This document shows, in pieces, positions 20,441 to 31,245 of a stretch of DNA of 64,000 nucleotides. Numbering within the stretch: the first letter of the stretch is position 1; every line of letters starts with the position of its first letter. The translations under genes were made by a program, and so were the position numbers. The notes below the pieces were generated by a model, which was not told where the DNA came from, searched no databases, and was given only the letters and a program-made list of their open reading frames with translations. The DNA comes from Schizochytrium sp. TIO01. Lineage: Eukaryota > Protista > Bigyra: Labyrinthulomycetes. The stretch lies in NCBI GenBank assembly GCA_004764695.1, contig SMSO01000034.1, positions 1,674,001-1,738,000 of the forward strand. Reading direction: 5' to 3'.

Positions 20441-23400
20441 AAATATAAATAATCAATAAATCTCGAGCCTCGCTCAACAGCTCAAGCAAGCTCCTGCTAC
20501 CCAGTTCTTGCAGCAGGGGCCCGTGCAGTGTCTTCTGTTTCCTTGCCTCGCATAGGGCTCAGCAAAGCCCAGCAAGCTCAGCTCAGCCCAGCTCGCGTCC
20601 CTCTCTCGCAGGAGACAGTCCACGGCATGGGAACGAATAAGCTTTCTTTAGAGAGAATGGGCACAGACAGACCGTCGCACTTTGCAATTTGCGAAGCTCG
20701 CCATTTGCAAAGCTGGCAAGAAGCTCATCGACTCACCGACGGAGACGCTTCTCACGTTGTAGAAGACGCACAACGCGGTAAGCCTGTCTTCAGAACCTCG
20801 CAGTACGGAGTGGGCAAAGTCGGTGAAGCAAGATGAGGCAATCATGAGTTGATGGGGCGCACAAACAAAGAAACAAACAAAGAAACGTCTTCTGCTCCAA
20901 CTTCTTTTTACAAGTTTCTCGTTATTGTTATTATTATTATCATTATTGTTAATTTATTTGTCTATCTGTTTATTAATTAATAATTAAATGAATAAAAAAA
21001 TTGAGTTGAAATAAATAAAGAATAACTAACTAACAAAACAAAAAAGCGGTTCCACACAATCAGACAAACAAAACATTGGAAACACAGCAAACAAAGCTCA
21101 GGCAAGCGAAGCAAGCTCTCCAAGGCCTCGCCTGCAGAGGCTCGAATGGCAAGACACGCAAAGGGCGAGGCCCTCTCCGCTCAAGCAACAAGTCCATTGC
21201 AGCTTCGTGACCGTGGAAACCAAGGAGCAAGAGGAAAACAGACAAGGGTCTTGCATATAGACAGAGGTCGAAACCATCAGAGAAACAAACACACAACACA
21301 CACATACATACACATACAAAGGCAGTGAACTTGAAAGACCCTGAGGAGTGAAAGACCCGGCGCACTGATCGCAAACACACACACACACATAATATCATAC
21401 ACAGACATTCCTTCGAACTCGAAGCTTGTGAGGCAATCAATGGTTTCGTTGGGTTGCCAAGAACAAACAGAGACGCCTTGGATCATGGCATTTTCGCTGT
21501 GCATGGGCGATGCGTGCATGTGCGTGGACGAATAGGAGCCCCGCATAGTTGAAAGGTGACAGGATTATGAGCATCACCGAAGCAGGGTATTGCGCGGTAG
21601 CATCTACGAACTACTTCATTTCTGGCTCAGAATGGAGGGAGTGAGATTGAAAGTCTTTGATTCTGCAAGAGATGACGATACCAACACTGAAAGAGCTTGA
21701 AGATAGGTTAACATAAATAGTTTATTATTATTTTTAAATATATTTTTTAATTATAAAAGTAAAAGAAATAAAAATGAGAGTTGAGTGAAGTGAAGTGAAA
21801 AAGAAAGCTTTCGAAGGCGCGTGCGAGGCATTCTTAGAAATCAAACACACGGGGGCGGAGGCGCTCGTGGGGCGACAACCGACACTAGATAGTCAATGTT
21901 TCACGGACATATATAGTAGACCTATGTGCAATGGCATCCTCTCTCATTCTCGAGGACCTCAGCTCCAATCAAAACAGTGAACAAAACGTAACGGTCACAC
22001 CTCAGCTTCCACAGTGGACAGTTATTTTTGGCCCCCCTTAAATACTAGGGAAGGACACCGTGGGTTGGTCCCCCTTTCCCGTTTCACTTAGAATTTCGCC
22101 AGTTAAATTTGCAGAACTTGCATTTTCTATTGATGACAAAGTGGGGCTATGGCCCAATCGAGGGTTAAAAACTAACCCACGACTCCAAGACAATTCTTAA
22201 TTCATGTCATTGGATAGGCAACGCAAAAGGATGCCTCTGGCGGTGTGGATATCACGATTGGCTACGTGTATGTATATTTTTTGGGGGGGCATTGGAAAGC
22301 CTTGAATGCTCCGAGCTTGTCGTGGATGGTTCCACATTCATTGCATGGCTTTGAAGTGCAATCCCCTCGGCAAATGACCAGTTTACACCACTGGCGGGAA
22401 AAGCTTTAAGTGAGCGCTTGTCTGAGGCCAACGATACATTATGCGGCTGTCTTGATTTTCATCTATTTTGTTAACTTGTAGAGGTCTCCTCAATAGCAGA
22501 CACATGGAAAACACCGTAGTTTTGTTTTCACAGAGCCAAAGTGCAAGCTTGCGTTGAATTTTGGCAGTCCAGAAGGGCGCGCAAGCCAGCCCTTTCGAAA
22601 TTGACTCCTGTGCCAATCAATGCCTCTGTAGACGGCGGAGATATCTGGATTTCCCTCACTTGTCGTGTTTGGAGATTTTGGTTCTTTGGCCATTCCATTT
22701 TCATACCTCCACTTCTTAACAAGGATCTAAATAGTTATAATATATATTTATATACCATTCGGAGGTTGTAAAGTCCTAACATTTTCGACTTCTCTTTCAA
22801 AGGGGAAAGGTAAATCCTGTCCCTCTCAAGCTAGTTCTCTGAAGAGAAAGGTGCGTGGGAATATTAGATACGAGGTCATCTGGTCTTGTATTTGAGTTTG
22901 TAGCAAAGAGGGATGAGAGGGGGAGCAAAATGCAGTTCGTGCACAACTTGCTCGCTATTGCTTGCTTGAAGTTGCTTGCTGGTTGTTCGTTTCGTCATTG
23001 GCTTCGCACCAGCACCAGCATGTCATTTTAGTCTGTGACGAGTCACTAACCAAATCGCGGTGAGCCCAACCGTCGCGAGCCGTGATGCTTGGTGGTCTTG
23101 CTGCAGCGCAAACCTGCTTGCTGGACATGCATGCCTGTATTTACTTATGCATGCATAAATACAGCATGCATAAATCCATACATACATCCATACATAGGTT
23201 GACATAGAAACACATCATCGATCCACACGCCTTACACTTAGAGCTGAATACACACGGACTGTTCATGTTCATGGAGATGACCTTGAATGACATTGCCACG
23301 ATCTTGCAAGTTGTGCGCAACCCGGGCTCCTGCCCGGCGACGCCCAAGCAATCGCGACGCAGCCACCGCAATTGACTTCAACGAAAGAAAAGAGCACCAT

Positions 23401-23682
23401 CTTGGGACCCTCCACCACCGCAACGGTGGCCATGGTCCGTCTTAGCCAGCTTGGGCAACGACGTGTTGAGCAGATTATCTAGACAGCTTGGCCGGTGATC
23501 GAAGACGGAGGCGCCATGAACTTTGTTGGCTGCCACTCGTTTCGCTTGAGCAAATGAAGACTTAGTTAGTTTGGCATTGTGGTGGTCGTGGATGGTGACA
23601 GCAGAAGACGAAGCAGAAGGTGAAGAAGCAGCAGAGGATGTAGGAAGCAGAAGAAGTCTTGACCTTCCTGATGCTTGAACAG

Positions 23683-23754
23683 ATACATACATACATACAT
23701 ACATACATACATACATACATACATACATACATACATACATACATACATACATAC
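23683..23754. repeat. (ATAC)18 microsatellite
   Basis: Perfect run. It generates the spurious MYVC and HTYI ORFs. Confidence 0.95.
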
Positions 23755-23988
23755 ATAGATACATGCATACATACATTCATTCTCAGCGAGGTTTATGGTG
23801 ATGGAAATTGCAAACCAGGCACCTTGCAAGGTTCTTGGGCGCCACAACTCATGACACAGCCAGTTTAGCGAAACGAGCATCCGCGCGTCATCGCACCATC
23901 CATCGCATCACCGTCGTGACAAACATCGCACTCCTCCGACTTCGCTTCGAGCTCAAGGCTTCTTCATTCAACTGCAATGCCGTGCAGA

Positions 23989-23989
23989 G

Positions 23990-24021
<32 letters not shown>
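23989..24021. repeat. (AATC)n microsatellite
   Basis: About 8 units read directly. Confidence 0.9.
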
Positions 24022-24023
<2 letters not shown>

Positions 24024-24131
24024 AGCCTGAGGTTGGTTGTAAAGGAGCCGTGAACCTCCTACAACCCGCTCGCCGCCTTCCCAAAGCCACTTGCACTTCT
24101 ACCCGCTCCCTCCTAGCCCAAACTCTAGCAG

Positions 24132-24222
24132 TCCTGCCGATCGGGCGTATTTTATTAAGCCCTAGCCCATCTGGTAGCAAACCCTATCGTACAGAATCCG
24201 CACAATAAAATACGCGGCAGGA
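24132..24222. promoter_or_regulatory. Inverted-repeat element carrying two oppositely oriented AATAAAATACGC motifs upstream of asd
   Basis: TCCTGCCG-N6-CGTATTTTATT (24132-24156) and AATAAAATACG-CGGCAGGA (24204-24222). The same motif recurs at 62477-62490. Confidence 0.4.
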
Positions 24223-25148
24223 GCGCGCAACGCAGCTTGTGCTTCCTCGCCGCGGTGGGCGGCGTTTCGCGCACGGTGCGGGGGAACCCGCAGGAAGATC
24301 CTGGAGCGACCTTAAAGAAGCACCTTAAAGTGGGGAATCTGCGGCTGCCAGATGGAGGCGCTTTTCTTTGAGTGCTCGCGCAGTCGGTCTCCAATTCTGG
24401 ATTAGCTCGCGTTCCTTGGCCGCCTTGGACACGGAAGCTCGCGGAGACTCGTACGGAGATGTAAGTGAGGGAGGCCCGAGAGAGCCCGGGCTCGCAGCGG
24501 GAAAAATGGGGGGCGCGGGGGCTGCTGCCTGCGGCGTGGGAGCTGCGAAAGATGCCGAAGAAGAAGAAGCTAGCTGGCAATAGAAAAGGCGGAGAAGAAC
24601 AAGAAAGCACGGGGTTGTTTGTCACTATGTGTGTATAAAAGGTGCACCTGGGTAGAGGTGGATGGAGGTGTAGAAACATGGACCTGGCTGTGCGGTCGGA
24701 CGTGGGGCTAGCACGCTTGAATTACATGCGACACGAATGAAGAGCTGACGGAATTGCATGTATTTTATGATTTACTTGCTCGCTGGCTTGTTTGCTTACA
24801 TTAATTATGTCATGGAAATCTTTTGCGTGGTCTTTGCTACCTCATGGTCTGGTGTTGCGAATCCAATGACGATGTGGATGAATGCGTTCTTTTGCTGTGG
24901 ACTTCGGACTCAATCTTGTGACTTCGTGATCTTCTGCCGTGCGATATCACCTGAACTAAAAATCTTGACACTCTATGGATACCGTAAATGAATGGGGATA
25001 ATATGAATATCAATTCTATGGATACGTGGATTATCTCTGTTGGACAACTGAATGGACTTCATGTTCGTGTTTTTGCGCATCCTAAACTGCATTGCACATT
25101 TCATTTGGCTCTCGAATTCACAGCTACCTTCAGTCTAAATCAAAGAAA

Positions 25149-26246
25149 ATGTTCGCCGCTGCCGGTGCCAACCTCGTCCAGGCCTCCAAGGCCGCCGCCC
25201 GCCAGTTCTCCACTGGTGGTGTGAGCAAGAAGCCCGTTGTGGCCATCGCCGGCTCCACCGGTGCCGTCGGCCAGGAGCTCCTCGACCTCATCAAGGAGCG
25301 CAACTTCCCCTTCGCCGACCTTAAGCTCCTCGCTTCCGCCCGCTCTGCCGGCAAGACCCAGGAGTTCATGGGCAAGACCTACACTGTTGAGGAGCTCAAG
25401 GAGGACTCCTTCGAGGGCGTCGACATCGCCTTCTTCTCCGCTGGTGGTGGCCGCTCCAAGCAGTTCGCCCCCGCTGCCGCTAAGTCTGGCGCCGTTGTCA
25501 TTGACAACTCCTCCGCCTACCGCATGGACCCTGAGGTGCCCCTCGTTGTGCCTGAGGTGAACCCCGAGGCTGCCTTCAACAGGCCCAAGGGCATCATCGC
25601 CAACCCCAACTGCTCCACCATCATCATGAACATGGTTGTCTACCCTCTGTACCAGAAGGCTGGCGTTGAGCGCGTTGTCGTCTCCACCTACCAGGCTGCT
25701 TCTGGCGCTGGTGCCGCTGCCATGGAGGAGCTCGAGCAGCAGGCCCGCGACTGGGTTGACAACAAGACCCCTGTGACCCAGGACATCTTCGGACGTCAGT
25801 ACATCTTCAACTTGTTCTCCCACAACTCTGCCATTGACCTCGCCACCGGCTACAACGAGGAGGAGACCAAGATGATCAAGGAGACCAAGAAGATCTTCTC
25901 TGACCCCAACATCAAGGTCACCGCCACCTGCATCCGCGTGCCCGTGCTCCGTGCTCACTGTGAATCTATCAACCTTACCCTCAAGAACAGCCTCTCCGAG
26001 GACGAGGCCCGCGAGATCCTCTCCAAGGCCCCTGGTGTTACCGTTCAGGATGACCGCAAGGCCAACAAGTTCCCCGAGCCCCTCTCCGCTTCCTTCAAGG
26101 ACGACTGCATCGTCGGCCGCATCCGCCACGACGCCAGCCAGCCCGAGGGCAAGGGCCTTGAGCTCTTCGTCGCTGGTGACCAGATCCGCAAGGGTGCCGC
26201 TCTTAACGCCATCCAGATCGCCGAGCTTCTCATGGAGCGCTCTTAA
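25149..26246 (+). CDS. asd: Aspartate-semialdehyde dehydrogenase with a predicted mitochondrial presequence
   Basis: VAIAGSTGAVG (Rossmann fold), VIDNSSAYRM, catalytic IIANPNCST, STYQAASGAG, TCIRVPVLRAHCE and GDQIRKGAALNAIQIAE. The N-terminus is Ala-rich with no acidic residues and contains ARQFS. Strong C-ending codon bias. Confidence 0.95.
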   Translation: MFAAAGANLVQASKAAARQFSTGGVSKKPVVAIAGSTGAVGQELLDLIKERNFPFADLKLLASARSAGKTQEFMGKTYTVEELKEDSFEGVDIAFFSAGGGRSKQFAPAAAKSGAVVIDNSSAYRMDPEVPLVVPEVNPEAAFNRPKGIIANPNCSTIIMNMVVYPLYQKAGVERVVVSTYQAASGAGAAAMEELEQQARDWVDNKTPVTQDIFGRQYIFNLFSHNSAIDLATGYNEEETKMIKETKKIFSDPNIKVTATCIRVPVLRAHCESINLTLKNSLSEDEAREILSKAPGVTVQDDRKANKFPEPLSASFKDDCIVGRIRHDASQPEGKGLELFVAGDQIRKGAALNAIQIAELLMERS

Positions 26247-27309
26247 ATTGAGAACATTACATATTATTATCGCTGCCTGTGAATTTCTTCTTTTTATTAC
26301 CAAATCATGATCATGGTCATGGATACCTTACTTACCACTTGTTTGAAGCATGAGGCTGTTTTCCCCACATAACAGAAGAGCTATGCCGCGGCTTCCTCTT
26401 TCCTTGTATCTATTTCGGAAATGTACTGTAACGAACCCAAAGTGCAGGCCTGTGGGAACACACCTACGATCTAGCTGGATTTTCTGATTGTATTTGTGCC
26501 CAGCTGAAAGTCTCCCCTGACTTCCAACGTTTCTCTCCCAGCCCCAAAATTATACAACAATAAGATATTGAGTCTCCGTTTTCGTCCTGTTATTTTTGAA
26601 TTGATCAATCTCGACAGCAAAACCCTTCTCTCTCATCAAGCAACATAACTCAGAGCCTTGGCGAATCTCATTGAGCAGTTTATCCAAGCGCAATCAAGAT
26701 TTGTTTCTAATCTAAATTTGTGCCCAGGAGAGTGTACCTGCATACATACCTCTAGAGGGTGCGAGGGTATACAAATTAGGGCTTCAGTGAACCCGCAGCC
26801 ATCTGAAACAAGAGTGTCAGCGCCGAGCTGGCGTTTGCTGCCGAGTACAGTGCTGACAAATTTTATTTTTACGTTTTCCTAGAATAAGTTTACCTATTCT
26901 TTTGCAGGAATGAAAATCAGAGAAAGAATGTGAGCTATACTTTAAAAAAAAAATAAGAAATCCAATCGGCAATTAGCTATGCATGATTCGGAGGTGCATA
27001 TGACAGCCGCGGCGTATCAATTGAAAGTGAGATGGTGAAAAAAAACAAAGTTTATGAAAACGTGTTGACAATATACTTATTTCTCCGAGTCAACCTCAAG
27101 GCATAACGATCAACAAGACCACACGAACAATGACAAAAGCGAGCAAAACAAGCATTGTAGCAGTGACATGCCGCTCTATCGTTGTCTTTTGGTGCACGGG
27201 AGGAGGGCCTGTGCCCGTCAGGTAATTCCTTTAGGTATCATGAGCTTGTACGTGTGCTGCTGTAAGGGCAGAGTAGTCCTACTGACCAAAAAGACGAACG
27301 GTAGCAGCA

Positions 27310-29754
27310 TTAAAAGTGGGACACAATCTTGCTCACATGAGAGTCAGGCACCTCAGTGTATCCAGACACTGTAAGAGTAAATGTGCCTTCTCCAGCAGTT
27401 AACGAGCGCAGTACAGTAGAGTATCCGATTAAACCTTCCAAGGGCACAACTGCGGTGATTGCAGACTTTTGCATGTGAATAATAGTCTCAGACTCAGCCT
27501 GGACATCCTTAATCTGGCCACGGCGATCGTTACTAGAGAGATCACCAATGACACTACCAATGTTGTCATCTGGTACAGTAATGATCACATTTGCAACAGG
27601 CTCAAGAAGCATTGTCGAGCCCTTATTGAGGATTTCAGTTACAGCGCGAGAAGCAGCAGCGCGAATTGCTGGAGCCGCAGCTCCAGGCGGGGCTTCACAC
27701 ATCTCTTCTACGATTTCTACCTCAATGCCCTGTACGGGGAAGCCCAAAATGGGGCCTCTTTGAAAAGCATCAAAGATGCCATTACGCAAAGACTTTTCTT
27801 GTTCGATCTTCAGAGTCCACTTTGTCTCGGACCCACCACCAAGGTTACGAAAGTTGATGCGGGACTCTGATTTGTTGAACTCGGTGGATTCAGGAAGTAC
27901 ACGCACGGGGGCATTGATGCCGTCAGGGTGCGGGCGGACACGAAGAGTAACAGACGTTGTTCCTGACTTACCCTCAACATCATCGTCCGTAGCAACATCA
28001 TCGTTCTCGGTGTTCTTGGCCTGTTGGAGCTGAGGAGTGTACTTACCAGTTGCCTCGGTAGACTCACGGAGGGTCTCACGGTAAGCAACGCGGACACGGC
28101 CCAGGTTGCAAGGCACCTTAAAGTCACGCTGGAGCTTTGTTACAGAGATATCGAGATGGAGCTCACCCATGCCATACATGAGGAGCTGGCCAGTCTCGTC
28201 ATCCTGGACCACATGAAGACTAGGGTCATCACGCTGCAGAATTTCAAGAGCATCGAGAAGTTTCTGCTCATCAGAAATAGATTCCAGCTCGATAGCTGCT
28301 GAAAAAACAGGTGGGGGAATCTGAACACCACGAAGAGAGGGGCACTTGGCATTGCTTGAAATTGTATCACCCGTACGAACGCCCTTAAGCCCGCACAAAA
28401 TACCAATGTCACCAGCTGGGATGCTTTCAATCATTTCATAATCATTGGCGTAGGCACGGAGGACACCTTGGACACGCTCGCGCACCGGCAAGGCTGCCTT
28501 AGAAGAGCGGCCTTTACCCTGTCCTACGTTGCTAAGCCCAACGTGCTCTCCATCCTCAATTGCTTGGAGCAGGCTTACGTTGTGGTACTGCTTTTTGTTC
28601 TCCATTTTGCCCTCATACACTCGCACATATGCGAGTGCACCACGGTTCGGGTCGTGTTGTACCTTGAAAACGAGTGCTGTAGAATCTGTTGCTTTACGCT
28701 TCTTCTTAGAGAGGGCGTCTTGCTGTCGGAGTTCATCGGCACCTGCAGATTCCATAGGATTTGGGAGAAAGTCTACAACGGCATCCAAGAGGACCTGTAC
28801 ACCAGTGTTTTTCAGGGCTGTACCACACATGACAGGAATAGCGTTGGTCTCAGATTGACGCAAGCAAATACGGCGAATCGCCTGGCGAATGCTATCATCT
28901 TCAATGCTTGCAACGCCATCCGGGTGTTCCTCAGCTTCGCAGAACACGTCAAAGAAAGTGTCATCAAGGCCAGCCAGACGCTCCGCAAGGGTCTCGCGGC
29001 CCAAAGTTGCCTTTTCTTGAAGCTCCTCTGGAAGGATGTCTAGTTCGTGTGTTTCGTAAGTTTTTGTCTCCTTAGACTGATCCCATACGTGCACCCGCTG
29101 GGCAACGAGGTCCACAACTCCCTTGAAGATATCGTTGTTTTGCTCACCTTTAATAATGTACGGCTGGTGAATTGGCAAAGCCTGCACGCCAAATCGATCC
29201 TCAATCATTTCAACGACGCGGTCCATGTTAGCGCCTTCGCGGTCCATCTTGTTGACGAAGGCAATGCGAGGCACACCGTAACGAGCAGCCTGAACCCAAA
29301 CCGTCTCACTCTGTGCCTGAACGCCAGCAACAGCATCGTAAAGGCAAACTGCGCCGTCGAGAGCACGAACAGCACGCTCCACCTCAACAGTGAAATCAAC
29401 GTGACCCGGGGTGTCAATTAAGTTGAGGATGTGGTTGTTCCACTCGAAACTAGTGGCAGCGCTGTTGATTGTGATTCCGCGCTCACGTTCTTGGTCAAGG
29501 TAATCCATGACAGTATCTCCATCGTGGACCTCACCAATGTGGGTAACTTCACCACTATAGTACAACATGCGTTCGGTGACTGTGGTTTTGCCAGCATCAA
29601 TGTGCGCTAGAATACCAATGTTACGAAGCTTTTCGTGACCAGCTGGAGTTGCTGCAGCTGCGAAGCCTCTTGTCTGAATGCCGAATCGTCCTGCAAGAAT
29701 CTGCGTCTCTGCAGTCGAGGCTCGAGCGAGCGAAGTCGCCAAAAACCGCCTCAT
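27310..29754 (-). CDS. GFM2: Mitochondrial elongation factor G2 / ribosome-releasing factor 2
   Basis: RNIGILAHIDAGKTTVTERMLYYSG, GDTVMDYLDQERERGITINSAA, DTPGHVDF and NKMD motifs, plus GMGELHL and an Arg-rich presequence. The IGILAHIDAG, V.DGDTV.DY and MLYYSG pattern is EF-G2mt-like. Confidence 0.88.
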   Translation of the reverse strand: MRRFLATSLARASTAETQILAGRFGIQTRGFAAAATPAGHEKLRNIGILAHIDAGKTTVTERMLYYSGEVTHIGEVHDGDTVMDYLDQERERGITINSAATSFEWNNHILNLIDTPGHVDFTVEVERAVRALDGAVCLYDAVAGVQAQSETVWVQAARYGVPRIAFVNKMDREGANMDRVVEMIEDRFGVQALPIHQPYIIKGEQNNDIFKGVVDLVAQRVHVWDQSKETKTYETHELDILPEELQEKATLGRETLAERLAGLDDTFFDVFCEAEEHPDGVASIEDDSIRQAIRRICLRQSETNAIPVMCGTALKNTGVQVLLDAVVDFLPNPMESAGADELRQQDALSKKKRKATDSTALVFKVQHDPNRGALAYVRVYEGKMENKKQYHNVSLLQAIEDGEHVGLSNVGQGKGRSSKAALPVRERVQGVLRAYANDYEMIESIPAGDIGILCGLKGVRTGDTISSNAKCPSLRGVQIPPPVFSAAIELESISDEQKLLDALEILQRDDPSLHVVQDDETGQLLMYGMGELHLDISVTKLQRDFKVPCNLGRVRVAYRETLRESTEATGKYTPQLQQAKNTENDDVATDDDVEGKSGTTSVTLRVRPHPDGINAPVRVLPESTEFNKSESRINFRNLGGGSETKWTLKIEQEKSLRNGIFDAFQRGPILGFPVQGIEVEIVEEMCEAPPGAAAPAIRAAASRAVTEILNKGSTMLLEPVANVIITVPDDNIGSVIGDLSSNDRRGQIKDVQAESETIIHMQKSAITAVVPLEGLIGYSTVLRSLTAGEGTFTLTVSGYTEVPDSHVSKIVSHF

Positions 29755-30149
29755 GTTGCTGGCTCACTATTTGCAAGACTTGCTGCCCCACGACCAAGTT
29801 TTCGAGGCAAGTGCCATGCACCAGCCTGCACCTCAGTTCAGGGTCTGTGGCCCTGGCTGGGCGAGAGTTCTGGCCTTGAAAGGCTACGCTTCAAAGGCAG
29901 CTCGTTCGTTCGCTGCAAGATTCACAGCAGTAGCAGGTCCAATCCTGCCAATCCCATTCCCAGTCTGCTCGCCGGGATCCTCAGCGTTGCTTTCAGCCAG
30001 GTTTCTAGGACCTTGGAGCGTGAACTCCACCAAACTTCTTCTTCGCACTATTCCATTTACTTTCGTGCGTTCATTACCGAGTATTACTACTTAACTAGAC
30101 CTACCTCTTACTATTACATTACATGCTTTACATTCTATTACAATCTTTA

Positions 30150-30182
30150 AAAACAAAACAAACAAAACAAAACAAAACAAAC
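30150..30182. repeat. (AAAAC)n-type simple repeat
   Basis: Read directly. Confidence 0.85.
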
Positions 30183-30315
30183 TTAACAATATCTTTAACG
30201 CTGCTAGGAAAACCAAAAAACTTTTTATTATAAACTATATTTAAAAAAACTTATCGCCCCCATACTTTTAGTAATAAACAAACCTCTGGTGGCCAAGGGC
30301 TTCGCCCTTTTGGTT

Positions 30316-30357
30316 TGCGCAACCCATTTTGAGTTGATCTGCGCAACCCATTTTGAG
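30316..30357. repeat. 18-bp direct repeat TGCGCAACCCATTTTGAG x2 in the divergent GFM2/SLBP intergenic region
   Basis: Exact copies at 30316-30333 and 30340-30357. Confidence 0.85.
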
Positions 30358-31245
30358 GGCCCTCTCGTGGCGTCTGTAGAGGTGCTTAGGTGCCAGTAAG
30401 GGTACACTAGAGCAAAGTGGTTTGGTAATATCAAGCAGCCCGTCAGATCAGCATGGTTATGGGTGTAGAGAGGTGGTGGGCTCGTAAGAGACCGAAGAGG
30501 TCGTTAGGATGTTGGATACTACTTAGGACACAAGGAAGGCTGCGTAGTTTACGAGCGAGGAGAGGGCCGAACTGAGGCCATGGAAATCAGAAGCAGTTAC
30601 ATCTGCGAGGACAGAAGTTGCAACCACTCGAAGAGAAATTCCGGAAACAGTTCGCACGGCATTTGACAATGAGTTGAGAAATAAACAGTTAGGTGCCCGC
30701 CCAGATACAATATGCCCGGAACGATCCGGGAACTGAAACGTTGGTGCGGCAGTTGGACTGTGGCGGTTTACATAACGTTATAACGTATATAAAGGTGCGG
30801 AAAGGGGCAGCGAACCTAACCATCGCGATGGTTTGGAACTCATAATTTGGACTTTGTTGTATAATTCGCCTTCGCAGCAAGACTAGAGCGAGACCTGCCT
30901 CGCTGCGCCCAGAGGCGCGAGGAGCACGAGTAAAGCGGGTTCACAAGGACCGCAGACTTGTCTGCATTGTCGATACGCTCTCCGGTGCCAACGGCGAGCT
31001 TCTGGGCTCTCGTACTAGCGCACCGGATTCATCAAAGTGCCGCTCTCAGCTCAGCTATTTGCAGAAACACAAGCAAGATAAACTCGGGCGAAACCGCTTT
31101 GGCTAGCCGGGGCCTGCAAGCAAAGGTTGTGGATAGCGATTGTGGGTCTTTGAACACTAAGTTGCGTGGAGTGTGATTTGTTGGACGCCCTGAAGGTTCA
31201 TTTTTGGTGTGATTCACTACATTTGGACAAAAGCGTTAAAGCAAA

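Noticed and set aside
22010-22050. CACAGTGG as a possible Transib-like terminal inverted repeat
   Set aside because: I found no partner inverted end and no transposase remnant.
25140-26303. 387-aa antisense ORF covering asd
   Set aside because: It lies codon-for-codon opposite asd. The strongly biased asd codons avoid TTA/CTA/TCA, so no antisense stops arise. It has no recognisable motifs.
30295-30309. Hairpin near SLBP as a possible histone-type stem-loop (autoregulation)
   Set aside because: The stem and loop do not fit GGYYYU-UUNH-ARRRCC, and it lies about 940 bp upstream of the ATG rather than in a 3' UTR.
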